Counted from the stretch's first letter, positions 27,530-40,871 are shown. The stretch: DNA of 64,000 nt from Octopus vulgaris (GCA_951406725.2 OX597835.1:9796001-9860000), one strand, 5' to 3'. The notes: generated by a model from the letters alone, not told the origin. A program made the numbers and translations.

Positions 27530-28905
27530 TGTCTGTATTGTGGGAACCGGATATGTTTTTCATGTAGAATGGTTCTCCGCCTCAATGTCATACTCGTCAG
27601 TCCTATGTAGTGATGTCGGCAACCCGAGTAGGTTATTACATAAATTAGGTTCTCAAGGCACAAGTGAAACTAATTTTAATTGTGAACCTCTGTCTCCTTG
27701 TTTGAAAAGGAAATCCAAGCCTTCAAGTAGGCTGAGGCATGGTCTACAGTTTGGGCGTCCACATTCCCTAACCGTTGGTTTTGTGGTTGTGTGAAGCTTC
27801 GCATTTGTTAGAAGTCACTTTAGTGATTTGTGTTGCTTTTGTATTTGATGGGTTTATGCGTTTTCAGGATTTTGTTTATTTGTGGGCCTCTAGTTAGTAA
27901 AAGGAGATTTTGCACAATAGTGTTGTATGCCTCATTGTTTCTAAGGTTGCGGGTTGATATATGCAGTAGTGTTTTAAGATGTGGTATGGTATTATATTTT
28001 GTTGTCCTAAGTGTTTTTTATGTCTAATTTCTTGGCACGCTTAATTCCATCGTCTATAAGTGAGGGTGGATATTGTCTTTCAGTTAGCGTTGTTTTGAGG
28101 TCTTGAAGATGAAGGTCCCGAGTTGTTCTATCAAGCACTATTGTGCAAATCCTTTTTGCCAAATTAAAGGGAATATTTATTTTGATGCGTTTTGGGTGGC
28201 ATGAGCTAAAGAGGAGAAATTGTTTCGAGCCCTTTGGCTTATGATAAGCGTCAGTTATAATTTGGTTGTTGACTTTTGTTTATCATAATATCCAAAAATG
28301 GGAGCTGTTCTTTCCATTGTGAATTGAATGTTACTATTTATATCATTTAGAGTTGATTTGAAGTCCAAGAGTTTGTCGATGGTCTATGTCCAAATGATAG
28401 AACAGCTATCCAGGTATCTTTTCCAGTTTTCTCTTATGTAATGGTGTAATGAATAACCATATTTTTAAAATGACACTTCATACATGGTGAATTTTAAATA
28501 ACTCATTATCAGGTTCGCAAGAACGGGGCTGCTTTCGTTCCCATCGCAATTCCGCATTTCTGACGATAGAATGTGTTATCAAATAGGAAATAATTGCTTT
28601 GAAATATAAATTTTAAAGACTTACTAATAAATATCTGATTTATGCGAACCAGGAGTACTTCGAGTTACTTTTGCAACCAGAATTTGATTGCTTTTATTCG
28701 ATAGTGGGATGTTGGTGTAAAGATTGATAACATCGAAGGAAACTAATAATGCCTCTTCATTAATCGTTTCTTTTTTGTCTAAATCGTCTCTAATGAAACC
28801 TTTGATGTATTTCAGCAAGAGTTTCAGTAGGATGTCCAGAAAATTGCTTAGGCGGTGGGTTTCACGGGCTGGAACAGCTATAATGGGTCTTAAAGTTAAG
28901 CCTTC
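27530..28905 (-). mobile_element. Degenerate Penelope-like retroelement (RT + GIY-YIG endonuclease)
   Basis: RPIIAVPARETHRLSNFLDILLK, LVSFDVINLYTNIP, GIAMGT and WKRYLD (RT motifs); ENLIYVITYSGCRHHYIGLTSMTLRRR (GIY-YIG). Many stops and frameshifts. Confidence 0.88.
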
Positions 28906-28911
28906 TGTATA

Positions 28912-28943
<32 letters not shown>

Positions 28944-29642
28944 GTCACAACGAGGATATATAAACATCTTATGAGCACGGTCTCATCCAAGTTACTCTGG
29001 TTTAATATATCATATTGTTGAGAGATATCTCTTCAAATATAAATAAGTGTATTATAAATATCAAATATTTTAAGTAAGAAAATGAAGAAAGTCAATGGAT
29101 ATAAATTAATTTATTAACATTTTTGATAAGGCCTACCATTGTTTTAATTCATGCCCAATGCAAAGTACACACCTATAGAATAAAATAAGTTTGCACTTTG
29201 AATATTTAGAGTAAAATATCTCCAGGGCCAATGGACATTAAGGAAACAACATGTTGATCACTGAGATTCTCCAACAGGCTAAGTAGATGAAAATATATTT
29301 AATTTACTGTGTATGTGTGTGTATTAGCAATTCATTTAAATATAATAATAAGATATACAAAATATAAGGTATAAAATATAAGATATAAAACACAAAAATA
29401 AAATAAAAAGTTAAAATAAATAATAATAAATAATAATAATAATAATAATAATAAATATTCAGGCAAAAATAAAGATAATAAAAATAAAATAGAAATCCTA
29501 AAATGAATGCAATAAAAAAAAAACTAATGTAAAAATAAAATACATGTGGGTAAGATAAAAATGAAAATAAAAGTAGCAATAAAATAACAAATAATAAAAA
29601 TATTTTTAAAAAGTTATAAATGTAGATGTACACTGGGCCATT

Positions 29643-30031
29643 GTGGAGGCGCAATGGCCCAGTGGTTAGGAGCAGCGGACTCGCGGTCGTAGGATCGCGG
29701 TTTCGATTCCCAGACCGGGCGTTGTGAGGAGTGTTTATTGAGCGAAAACACCTAAAAGCTCCATGAGGCTCCGGCAGGGGATGGTGGTGATCCCTGCTGT
29801 ACTCTTTCACCACAACTTTCTCTCGCTCTTACTTCTTGTTTCTGTTGTACCTGTATTTCAAAGGGCAGGCCTTGTCACTCTCTGTGTCATGCTGAATATC
29901 CCCGAGAACTACGTTAAGGGTGCACGTGTCTGTGGAGTGCTCAGCCACTTACACGTTAATTTCACGAGCAGGCTGTTCCGTTGATTCGGATCAACCGGAA
30001 CCCTCATCGTCGTAACCGACGGAGTGCTTCC
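29643..30031 (+). mobile_element. SINE family A, full length
   Basis: GTGGAGGCGCAATGGCCCAGTGG...CGTAACCGACGGAGTGCTTCC, near-identical to 38779-39171 and 63612-63999. Confidence 0.9.
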
Positions 30032-30494
30032 AAAAAATGTTAATTTATGTGTCTATGTGTGTGTGTGTGTGTGCATGTTAGTAAAAAGCCCATTGAATAA
30101 AATCAGTTCAGTTATATATCGGTGTACGTATAATTATTTGTAAATAAAACTCAACCGTTATAACCTTGGGTTATTATGATTATATTTGTGTGTTTGTGTG
30201 TGTTCCTGTATTTATACATTAAAGAGACCAAAGAAAATACTATATTAGAGAGAGACATGAATATCTCTTATATTTACCGTCAAATATAAAGGATGTTTAT
30301 ATCGCTCAAGTATTTTCTTTAGTATATTTAATGTATAAATACAGGAACGCATTCACACAATAAATTAAACATATTTTCATCTACTTAGCCTATGGGAGAA
30401 TCTCAATTGATCAACATGTAGTTTCCTTCATGCCCTTTGGCCCTGGAAATATTTTACTCTAAATATTCAAAATGCAAGCTTATTTTATTCTATA

Positions 30495-30655
30495 GGCGCA
30501 GGAGTGGCTGTGTGGCAAGTAGCTTGCTTACCAGCCACATGGTCCTATGTTCAGTCCCACTGCGTGGCACCTCGGGCAAGTATCTTCTACTATAGCTTCG
30601 GGGCAACCAAAGCCTTGTGAGCAGATTTCGTAGATAGAAACTGAAAAAAACCGTC

Positions 30656-30748
<93 letters not shown>

Positions 30749-30951
30749 TGTGTGTCTGTGTTTGTACCCCCCCACAACCTCACTTGGCAACCGATGCTGG
30801 TGTGTTTACGTCACCGTAACCTACGGCAAAAGAGACCGATAGAATAAGTACTAGGCTTACAAGGAATAAGTTCCGGGGTCGATTTGCTCGACTACAGTTG
30901 GTGCTCCAGCATGGCCGCAGTCAAATGACTGAAACAAGTAAATGAATAAAA
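30495..30951 (+). mobile_element. SINE family B, full length
   Basis: Same head, core, internal microsatellite and tail as 16640-17082. Confidence 0.9.
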
Positions 30952-31189
30952 GCGTATGTTTGTAGGTTTATTGAGGGTGAATTGAAACAATTGTAGGTCT
31001 TATTTAAAATATAAATAAATAAATTTATATCCTTTGAATCTTCCTCAAAAACATGCGTTTATGTGTGTGTGTGTGTTTATGAATACACAACTACACAGAA
31101 TTACACACACACACTTATTAAACACTAAATTTATTACATATCAACTCAATTTTGAAGAACAACTAAAGTCTTAGAATGTTCCATAACGG

Positions 31190-31850
31190 TACACCGATAA
31201 AACAGTATAGCAGTATAACGGCGAATAATCTTTGTATTCCGCTGTCACCTCATTGTTTCTTGTTGCCTACCGTTTCTTAACATTACCATCGTCTGCTGCT
31301 AGAGCCATTTTTCTCATATTCCCAGGGGAGGAATTTACACAAAGGTGGCTTCGCTAACTCAATAAACAGAAGAAATAAAAGCAGATCAGTCTGAAATTCT
31401 GCATACTTAGGCAACATACATAATATCTTCTCAAGCTGAAGTTTCTTTCGCATTCTGCTGTTGACATCTGAATTGTGCACACAGCCTTTGGCGACAGTTG
31501 AAATTCTTCAGAAACTCTCTTCTCTTTAAGTCTCCTTAAATTCTCTTTAGTCTTTGATACAGAACCGATCATTTTGTTCTAACATTTCTTGTATACCAGT
31601 ATCTCTTAAAGGTAAAAACTGAATTTTCTACAATATTGTCATTATCTAAATATTTCACCTGGTTCATTAACTCTGACGCTTATCGTTAGAAGCTGTCACA
31701 ATTTTCAGTAACCACTATTCCAGGTTATTAATGAAACTCCCCAAAATCTTTTTATCGGTGTATAGAAGGTACTTTACCCTTCCTGATAGGCCATTAAATA
31801 TCTACAGTTTTATTTCCGTCCTCACTTGAACATTGTTCCTTAGTTTCATT
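31190..31850 (-). mobile_element. Fossil hAT-type transposase C-terminus (dimerisation domain)
   Basis: KAVCTIQMSTAECERNFSL...LLFIELAKPPLCKFLPWEY matches the hAT dimerisation motif (S.A.CER.FS) followed by LFI...PPL. Frameshifted. Confidence 0.75.
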
Positions 31851-32175
31851 ATTTAACATTTAAGGACCATGATATTTTGGTTTTGTATATAACTAACTAA
31901 ACTGCGAGCGAATACATGGTTATACACTGCCTGTTTATGTTCTGTTTCCAGTTTTATATGAAGGGCTGTAAAAGTTAGCAACCTCTTTGCGGACAGAAAC
32001 AATAAAACTAGTGTGAAAGGGCAATGTTTTTCTGTCCACGGTGTTATATATTTACAATTGTTACCTTTCACAACGAAACAAAATTTAAAAGCATAATGTT
32101 GGTATTTTTGTATTCGAATTCAAAATTAATACAAAATAGAACGACTACCACTCTCAAACAGTCTTTTATTATTAA

Positions 32176-32674
32176 CTAGCAGTATCGCCCGGCGTTGCTC
32201 GGGTTTGTAAGGGAAATAACTATATAAGCATTTTTAGAGAGTTACTTCCCTTATAGATGCCAATTCGGGCTTTCTTAGCTGTTTCTGTTTTGGTGTCTTC
32301 AAGCCATGAAGTCGTTGTTCTAAAAGAACGCTGGTCTCCTTGACAACGCTTTACGACGTTGATTTCCTTACAGCTTCACGAGGGAGGGAAGAAGGGGGAG
32401 AAGCAAACAGGTGCAGGTGTGAGCGTGGACGCCAACTCCGCCGCCATCGACACACGAAAAAATATGCATTAAAATGGAATAAAAAATGATGTTAAATTAT
32501 TTTTTAAATCGTAGACTCATCGTAGACGCGCGCTAATACCCAGACGGGCTCGATATGAATCATGACTATAAGATACCCGAATTTGGTTAAACTGCACCGC
32601 AAAATGTGCGAGTACTTAGGAATCTAAATCGAAGGGGACAGACACTCACACAACTACAGTTTTATATATATAGA
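32176..32674 (-). mobile_element. Non-autonomous Helitron
   Basis: Same termini as 20839-21350, with a small internal deletion. Confidence 0.85.
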
Positions 32675-33005
32675 TTGTAGTAGATCCAGCAAATATAATT
32701 CCAAATTGTTCAAAAATTGTATTTGATTCTCCTGATACGGTGTACAATTCCTGCATGTGGTTTGAAAGACTGCCGGGCGTACCTTAAGTTAAGCCTATGT
32801 CTTTCTTGCAGCTCAATATCTTGTGAGACATGACCAGTCTTTTGTATAATATAATAATACTATCATGCAGTTGCTAAGAGTTGACCCGGTTTTTCTTTGT
32901 CCTTTTTCAGACACACAGACACTGCATTGTCGATTACTTCTCAGCAGCTGTTTCATTGATTTAGCATTACTATTACTATTACTATTATTATTATTATTAT
33001 TACTA

Positions 33006-33036
<31 letters not shown>

Positions 33037-33066
33037 TATTATTATTATCATTATTATCATTATTAA

Positions 33067-33108
<42 letters not shown>

Positions 33109-33109
33109 T

Positions 33110-34740
33110 GTCCTATACGCACAACAGATTAGACTGTTGGAAAAAATTCATAACCTTGGTCTACAACAACTAACGGTAGATTTCAAGAACCTTCCTAAGT
33201 ACCCTGGCTGTCAATAATATTGGTTTCTGGAGCGGCACTGAATTAGATTTTATACCTGTTTCCTCTATCCATCTGTTGAAATCTTTAGGGATAGTTCTTA
33301 ATGCACATTATAACTACAAGGTTACATTTTACCCGAACTTTTCAATGCCTCTGTAACTCAATGGCTAAGCCCTCGTATTTTGCTATTTTCTCTCTACCTC
33401 TCTTATTGACTTTCTCACAATTTGAGCACTTTCTATGCTCTTTGTCTACTACTGCTAAATCAGGCCTTCTAACTGCTATGACACTGTCAGTTACAATGTT
33501 GAAATCCCTCATCTTATATTTCTCACTTTTTAGTACTTTACTAGGTCCATGTTCATACAATTTATCAGAATGTTCAAATCCTAGCTTTCTACATAACTCC
33601 CAGTAGATTACTCTCCCTAGGTTGTCATGTCTTTTCTTGTATCCTTTCTGTGCCAGCAAGCTACATTCACAAACTATATGAGTAAGACTGTATCCCTTTC
33701 ATTTCTATAACCAACATTGGGAATCTACCTGATTTTTGTCTAGCTTGGCCGATATCCAATTAGTCCTCAATGCCGAACCTTGTGCTGCTACTAACAGACT
33801 TTCTGTCTCCCTTTTCAGCCTTTCTTTCTTCAAAAACAAACATGTATCACTACTACAATTTTCTGCAACTATCTTTAGAAATCTACCAAACCTTCGCTTG
33901 CCAGTCCGACAATCTTGCTTCTTTTTTTTTCTAGTTTTTAACCTCATTTGGCATTTTGGCCAAATGTATCTCTTACTGTTGCTCGAGTAGATATTAATAA
34001 ACTTTCTTCACTATTGCCTACATAAGATGCTATGTCTACTGAATATAGTCTTCTACTGATATTAAACTTCCTGTTCTTGGATTAAGTCCTCCATTCATAT
34101 TCAATTCCTTCCTAGTTCTTGTCTAGATTTTCTAATTCAGGTTTTGTCCAATCAACAAAAGCTGCTGGATATTTAAGTAGTGATACTACTCAAGTACTAA
34201 CGGTCTTCACTAGTTTAGAGTTATATAGCTTCGACTTCATTAAGTTTCTTACCCTTCTGCTGTATTCCTTCCCAATTTTCGCTATCCTTTCCATAGTTAG
34301 TTTCTATCAGATCTTAACACTCCTAAATTCTTGACTTTCTCCTTCTTTTAGTGATTTTAATGTCTGGCCATCGGCTTATTGGAAGCCTTCACTGCTGACT
34401 ATCAGTCCATTTTTTATGACTGATATTGCGCAAATTCCATACCTATATTTCTGCTGAGTTTATATTAAGAAATCCATCTCTCTTTTAGTCTAATTAGAAA
34501 ACTTCAGATCATCAATGTAGAACAAGTGGTTATTTTTTTCTTTTATTAATGCTAAACCAGTAGTCTGCCTTTGCGTTTCTTAATACGAAACTCAAGGGGA
34601 TTCTGCACACACAAACGTTAAAGGCGATAACGAGTTTCTTTTGAAAATTCCTCGCTTTATATTAACATTCCCTCAGGTTGTGTCAGTTGAGTAGAGAACC
34701 ACCTTCCATTTCTAAAGTTAATTAACTCTCTTATGTTGTC
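33110..34740 (-). mobile_element. Degenerate R4/Dong-type non-LTR retrotransposon (RT + RLE)
   Basis: VNIKRGIF..SLSP and NHLFYIDDLK (RT); LKRETESLLVAAQ; YKKRHD; RRPDL; TARVLRKVL. An (AAT)n tract follows at 32966-33108. Confidence 0.85.
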
Positions 34741-34769
34741 TACAATTATTATTATTTCGTAACACAGTG

Positions 34770-35110
34770 TAGGTAAAAATGCACCGGAGTCTTCAGTTAT
34801 CTGTCAAGGACCTCAGGGTAGATAATAGTTTCCTTAAGATGTGTGCTGTGCCCAATAAGGTTGCTTTTTGCAAGACATCAATCATGCATAGGATTTCCAG
34901 TTGCCTTAAGAAGTCTTGAAGGTTCAATGGGATTGAGCCCAACACTCCGATCACTACTATCACTATTACATTACCCTATCGCGTTCCATACAGTCTTGCC
35001 ATTTTCACTTTCAATCCGGAGTACTTGATGATTTTTTCTTTCAACCTCTTTACTCACATTTGGTATGGCTACATCATTGATCTAACAGTATCTGTCTCTC
35101 TTACAAATAA
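34770..35110 (-). mobile_element. R4/Dong-type 3' fragment
   Basis: Minus-strand translation DVLQKATLLGTAHILRKLLS. Confidence 0.75.
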
Positions 35111-35486
35111 CCCAGCAAGATAACAGAAAAATAACTCTCAAAGACAGAGGAATATTTACAATTTCCTGTGAGCATTTTAAATTTCCCTCAAAATAAGTTA
35201 AGAAACTTATATATCTACAATTTTCGAACAAAAGTACGATCGGATTTAAAAACGTTAATATCTACAACTTCTGTGAATACCTATCCTTTCCTTTCTCCCC
35301 GAGTATTCGAAAATGTAAACATCCTTTTTATTCTAAGAACATTACAGGAGCACCTGCCAATATATACAAACTGCACAATTACAGAAACTGTAAACCACAG
35401 AAAAACTTATAAAAAGAAATGGAAGGAAAAAACAAAATAATTTAGTAATTCAAAAATTCAACGATGTGAACATCAGTGTATATATG

Positions 35487-35522
<36 letters not shown>

Positions 35523-35538
35523 CATATATATATATATA

Positions 35539-35570
<32 letters not shown>

Positions 35571-35575
<5 letters not shown>

Positions 35576-35640
35576 TAGTTTTATTTTTATAGCGTGCTTT
35601 CACTTCACTACCGAGCGCAGCTCTGTGTGCCTTGGGTATA
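35571..35640 (-). mobile_element. 70-bp extreme 3' end of a Dong-type element within (ATT)n
   Basis: Near-identical to 37145-37214 and to the terminus of 37338-37581. Confidence 0.8.
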
Positions 35641-35660
35641 TTATTATTATTATTATTATT

Positions 35661-36963
35661 CTATGTTTGACTTTTGCTTTATATTTGTACAAGTTGGCTC
35701 CAAGTCTCACCCAGAGACCTCAAGAGACAACAGGGTTGGAAGTTCATGTTGTTGTTATGCCTAGTGTGCCATATATTTGGGGGTGGGGATGTTGTACTAA
35801 TGAATGTCTAAAAATAAAAAAAAAATAAAAAAAAAAAAAGGGTTTTTTTTTGTTTTTGTTTTTTTAAACCGAAAATTATGTTTGTTTTAAACCTTGAGAT
35901 TACATAGAGAGTATTTTGCGTAGGATATGAGCAGTTCCCATGAGCACTATCTTTTGAACTTCTGCCATTTTTGGGTTTCCTGGTATCTGAGTTAGGTAGC
36001 TATCAGCCCCTTTTGCTATCATTCCCAGGGCACCTATGACAACAGGTATTGTTTTAGTCTTCAGCTTCCACATTTTGCTGATTTCTATTTCAAGATCTTT
36101 ATATTTGCTCAGTTTTTGGTAGGTCTTGACAGATACGTTTATATCGATTGGGACAGTCATATCAATGAGGAGGCATGTTCTTTGTTTGAAGTTTTTCAAT
36201 ATGATGTCTGGCCTATTTGCATCTATCTTCCTGTCAGTTTGAATGGTGAAGTTCCAGAGGAGTGAGATGTGGTCATTTTCAAGCACTGGGGGTGGTTTGT
36301 GTTCCCACCAGTTTTTTTCATGGGGCAAATCCAGGTTTTTACAGATTACCCAGTGAATATATTGTGCAGCTCTATCGTGCCTGTTGAGATACTCTGTAGG
36401 CGCTAGAAGACTGCACTTGGAGACCACATGGTCAATGGTTTCATTTTGTTGCTTGCATACACGACACGTTGGACTGCTTCTGATCTTTAATATGTTGGCC
36501 TGGTAGTTTCTTGTTGGTAGGCATTGATCTTGAGCTGCTATGATAAACCCCTCTGTTTCAGATTTTAAGCCAGAGGCCATTAGCCATTGATGGGTCAGGG
36601 CTTTGTCGATATCTGCATTATTCGCTCTCTTTGGGTATTTGCCATAGAGAGGTTTTTCTTGCCATTTATTATTCAGAATATCTAAGGCCGCAGTTTTGGC
36701 ACGGGTTTTCATGCGCCTAGCTTTTTCTGTGCTTGTTTCTTGTATATCTATCTCCGAAATTGGTTGTATTCGGAATTCACTTAGATATTCCTTTGCCTGT
36801 TTTGTGACTGAGTATGATGCTTTCTTGTTTTCATGTTTTGAGACAAGTTTTAGCATCCAGTCCTCAGAGTTTTTCAGGTAGGTGTCTAGGCCAATTGTAG
36901 CAATCTTCATTGTTATTGCCAGTTGCAAAAGACCACGGCCTCCCTCTTTTCTTGGCAGATAGA

Positions 36964-36964
<1 letters not shown>
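35661..36964 (-). mobile_element. Young 5'-truncated R4/Dong-type retrotransposon flanked by (ATT)n on both sides
   Basis: Uninterrupted reading frame plus ~240-bp 3' UTR, with microsatellite at both junctions. Confidence 0.92.
35900..36964 (-). CDS. 5'-truncated retrotransposon ORF (354 aa): post-RT region, CCHC knuckle, restriction-like endonuclease
   Basis: LYLPRKEGGRGL; LKSETEGFIIAAQDQ; CRVC-x8-H-x4-C; YLNRHD; RPDII...LIDMTVP...KLSKY; IPVVIGALG; GTAHILRKILS. Not a host gene and no true start codon. Confidence 0.9.
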
Positions 36965-37028
<64 letters not shown>

Positions 37029-37144
37029 CATTATTATTATCATTATTATTATCATTATTATTATCATTATTATTATCATTATTATTGCCATTATCATTAT
37101 TATTGCTATTATTATTATTATTATTATTATTATCATTATTATTA

Positions 37145-37212
37145 TTCAGTAGTTTTATTTTTATAGTGTGCTTTCACTTCACTACCGAGCGCAGCTCTGT
37201 GTGCCTTGGGTA

Positions 37213-37214
<2 letters not shown>
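37145..37214 (-). mobile_element. 70-bp Dong 3' end, second copy
   Basis: Same sequence and same truncation point (CTTGGGTATA) as 35571-35640. Confidence 0.8.
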
Positions 37215-37290
<76 letters not shown>

Positions 37291-37293
37291 TAC

Positions 37294-37337
<44 letters not shown>

Positions 37338-37342
<5 letters not shown>

Positions 37343-37579
37343 TAGTTTTATTTTTATAGTGTGCTTTCACTTCACTACCGAACGCAGCTCTGTGTGCCTT
37401 GGGTATGTGCTGTGATTTGTTGTGATTCTCTGATGGTTATTGTATGGAAAGTGTTCTGCGTAGGATGTGTGCAGTGCCTAGTAGTGCAATTTTCTGTATG
37501 TTATATGTGTTTGTAAGTCCTGGTGTTTTTGTTATGTATTTGTCTGAATATTTTTTTATCATGCCTAATGCACCTACTA

Positions 37580-37581
<2 letters not shown>
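37338..37581 (-). mobile_element. Dong-type 3' fragment within (ATT)n
   Basis: IVGALGMIKK...IQKIALLGTAHILRRTLSIQ* plus 3' UTR. Confidence 0.88.
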
Positions 37582-37639
<58 letters not shown>

Positions 37640-38778
37640 GCATCTTCACTGCTTCCGCACTTAAAAACTTTAGTTCTTGTTAACTGTTTTTTTTTTCTTT
37701 TTTATTTTGTCACTCGTCAGTCTTACAACTTCCATATTGACATTTACCTCTGACGAAAGTAATGAACTCTTTCTGTTAGTTCAAGTCCAAGGTGACAACG
37801 ATTACTACACACAACTAACCAGAATATTTTTTCCTTTTAAAGTACATTTCTTGTATCCATCAGCCTCGAAGATCTGCTCTTCAGCATCTTTTTCCCAAAT
37901 GTCACCAGTTACGCAACGTCAGGCGAAACAGCTGCAAGTAGGAATAAGATCATCCTTTTCAAATAATTTTTTATGGCTGAATGTTCTCAATATTGTTTAC
38001 CTTTCCTCCGATCCGAGATGTCATTTAAACTATCTTAATAAGCTTATTTTTACCGGAGCAAATGTATGGATGGTTGAAAGCAACGCTATTTATGTAATAA
38101 TATGCGTGGGATGTAAATGATTCTAACAGCAGTGTTAAAATGCACTCTTCATGCTTTAGTATGAATAACACTATTGATATTAATTAGTTTTAATTAATTA
38201 ATTTTCTGCTTATCCGTTCTTATTTAACTCAGACACTCAATCTAAACCTACAATATCTTTTGATGAGCAGAAGAAAAATAACAAATAACAAATACAATAG
38301 ATATATGGTCTTGTAAATTTTCTGTTTAATAAACGCAGCAGACACTCATACGAGCGAGGGGTGAGAGGGATGTTCATATTTTATTGACAGGTGGAAACCG
38401 GATACCAGACAAATTATTTTTATTAATCTACTTGCATGCGCTTCGACCTCGTAAACCTTTCTCGTGGAATGTCCTTGCCTTCTGTAAAGAGGAATAGCTA
38501 ACTTTTCATTTCATTGGAGTGGCTTTTATCCACAGAAAATTTAACCCTGTCGTTTAGTATTTAATACAAGTTTTCATTAATAATGCATTGCTATGTAAAA
38601 CTTGAACGCAGCTGGGTAATATATAATCTAATGCATTTGTATTATCTCCTCGCCTAAGAAAATGTGTTTTTAAATAGGGTGTCTGAAAAAGATGAGAACA
38701 CCCAGAAAGAATGTATTATAACGCGCCTCAATAATATTTTTCTGGTGTAAATTTTAGGTAATATCTACTTCACTTTGG

Positions 38779-39171
38779 GTGGAGGCGCAATGGCCCAGTG
38801 GCCCAGTGGTTAGGGCAGCGGACTCGCGGTCGTAGGATCGCGGTTTCGATTCCCAGACCGGGCGTTGTGAGTGTTTATTGAGCGAAAACACCTAAAAGCT
38901 CCACGAGGCTCCGGCAGGGGATGGTGGTGATCCCTGCTGTACTCTTTCACCACAACTTTCTCTCACTCTTACTTCCTGTTTTTGTTGTACCTGTATTTCA
39001 AAGGGCCGGACTTGTCACTCTCTGTGTCACGCTGAATATCCCCGAGAACTACGTTAAGGGTACACGTGTCTGTGGAGTGCTCAGCCACTTACACGTTAAT
39101 TTCACGAGCAGGCTGTTCCGTTGATTCGGATCAACCGGAACCCTCGTCGTCGTAACCGACGGAGTGCTTCC
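38779..39171 (+). mobile_element. SINE family A with 13-bp TSD
   Basis: ACTTCACTTTGGG at 38767-38779 and 39172-39184. Confidence 0.92.
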
Positions 39172-39780
39172 ACTTCACTTTGGGCAATTATCTTCGGCAA
39201 TCGTAAAAGTAGATACCAAAAAGTTCCACGCATTACATTAGCTATCTAACTTTACTATCAAACAAGCTCGTATTCCGTATTGTTAAAAGTGAATGTAAAT
39301 GAGAAAATATGAGAAGAATGTAAATTAGAAGATAGCTGGACGACGAGTTCTCTCTTAAGCACTCCGTCGGAGAGTAAAATAGGAATCCAAGGAATCAAAA
39401 GGTAAGCAATGGTTGAGAACCACTGATTTCGAATGAGATTCTTCATAAATAGGTTTTGTTATACTAGACGCGGAAGAAGGAAATGGCCGTAAATTTGGCT
39501 ACATTCAACTCTCTTTCAGAATAAGAGTGGAACAAATGCAAAGTCATGAACGATTGAAAAATATAATCCTGTGTAACACGATTCTTGTCCTAGGATGGCA
39601 ACTGTTTTTTCCTATTTGCTTATGGGTAATATTCGTTTCAAACTTTGCTTTTGTTACAGGCTTTGCTATTCAAACCCAGAAGAACTCTTCTCGACACATG
39701 GCTATGATACTCCCACCTACTCCTACTCGTGCACTGGTTCTATTTTACTTTAATATTATGATTATTATTGTCATTAACGT

Positions 39781-39964
39781 GGCGAGCTGGCAGAGTCGTT
39801 ATCACGCTAGACGAACTGCTTATGAATTCAAATTCCGCCGGGGTCGACTTTGCCTTTCAACCTTTCGGGGTCGATAAATTAAGTAACAGTGAAACACTGG
39901 GATCGATGTACTTGACTAGTCCTCTCCCCACAAAATTTCAGGCCTTGTGCCTATAGTAGAAAGC
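39781..39964 (+). mobile_element. SINE family C, tail 2, degenerate
   Basis: GGCGAGCTGGCAGAG...TTTCGGGGTCGATAAATTAAGTA...AATTTCAGGCCTTGTGCCTATAGTAGAAAG. Confidence 0.75.
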
Positions 39965-39975
39965 ATTATTATTAT

Positions 39976-40552
39976 TTCGTAGTCTCATTTTTATCACGTA
40001 CATTCACTGCACTACCAAGCACATCCTTGTGTGTTTCGGGTGTGTGCTGTGGTTTGTTGTGATGTTCTTATTTTTACTGTATTGAAAGGGTTTTACGTAG
40101 GATGCGTGCAGTGCCTAGTAGTGCTATTTTCTGAATGTTACATACATTCGTAAGTACTGGTGTTTTAGTTATGTATTTGCCTGAATGATTTTTTTAATCA
40201 TTCCTAATGCACCTATTATTATAAGAATTCTTTCTGTTTTTATGCTCCCCATTCGAGTTACCTCTATTTCCAGATCTTTATACTTTGAGAGTTTTCCCAT
40301 TTCTTTAAGACATACATTTTCATCTGTTAGTATTGATACAACAATTAGAAGGTTTTTTTTTCTTGATAATCTCTGACAATTATATCCAGTCTGTTAGCCT
40401 TTATTTCTCTATTTCTGTATATTTGCATACCCCAGAGTATGGTTGCTTTCTCATTTTCTGTGACCTTTTCTGGGGTGTGCCTATACAATCTGTTTTTGTT
40501 GTCATAGCTTTCAGTGTATGTAGCTCCCAACACTGTCATGTCTGTGAATATA
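39976..40552 (-). mobile_element. Degenerate Dong-type 3' portion
   Basis: HTPEKVTENEKATILW...KANRLDIIV...IQKIALLGTARILRK, with ATT repeats on both sides. Confidence 0.85.
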
Positions 40553-40558
40553 TTGTTG

Positions 40559-40612
<54 letters not shown>

Positions 40613-40613
<1 letters not shown>

Positions 40614-40805
40614 GTTTTTTCGTTCTTTCTTCAAATTTTCTTCCGTTTCTCGCCGAGTGTTTCCCATACACCTAGGGCAGAGAAGAGCATTGTATGCATT
40701 CCCAGATTACACGCGCAAAATTCACAGATAAAATATGTATTTAAAAATTAATAAATAAATAAATTCATGGATGGATGTTATTTTCACAGCAATAGTGCTC
40801 TTCTC

Positions 40806-40810
<5 letters not shown>
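40613..40810 (-). mobile_element. 3' end of another Dong-like family within (ATT)n
   Basis: Minus strand begins ILRRALLL* and continues as UTR, bracketed by (ATT)n. Confidence 0.55.

Positions 40811-40871
<61 letters not shown>

Larger units (their letters stand above)
29085..31050. repeat. Diverged inverted pair of one repeat family (29085-29320 and 30350-31050), right copy split by SINE B
   Basis: CCTATAGAATAAAATAAGTTTGCA...GGCTAAGTAGATGAAAATAT is mirrored by ATATTTTCATCTACTTAGCC...TTATTTTATTCTATAGG. Homology resumes after 30951. Confidence 0.75.

Noticed and set aside
29643-29715. tRNA genes at SINE heads
   Set aside because: A and B boxes are present, but the heads continue into SINE bodies, and some copies have TSDs.
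38440-38495. Minus-strand acceptor TTCCTCTTTACAG followed by GKDIPRERFTRSKRMQ
   Set aside because: An isolated signal with no convincing donor or recognisable homology.
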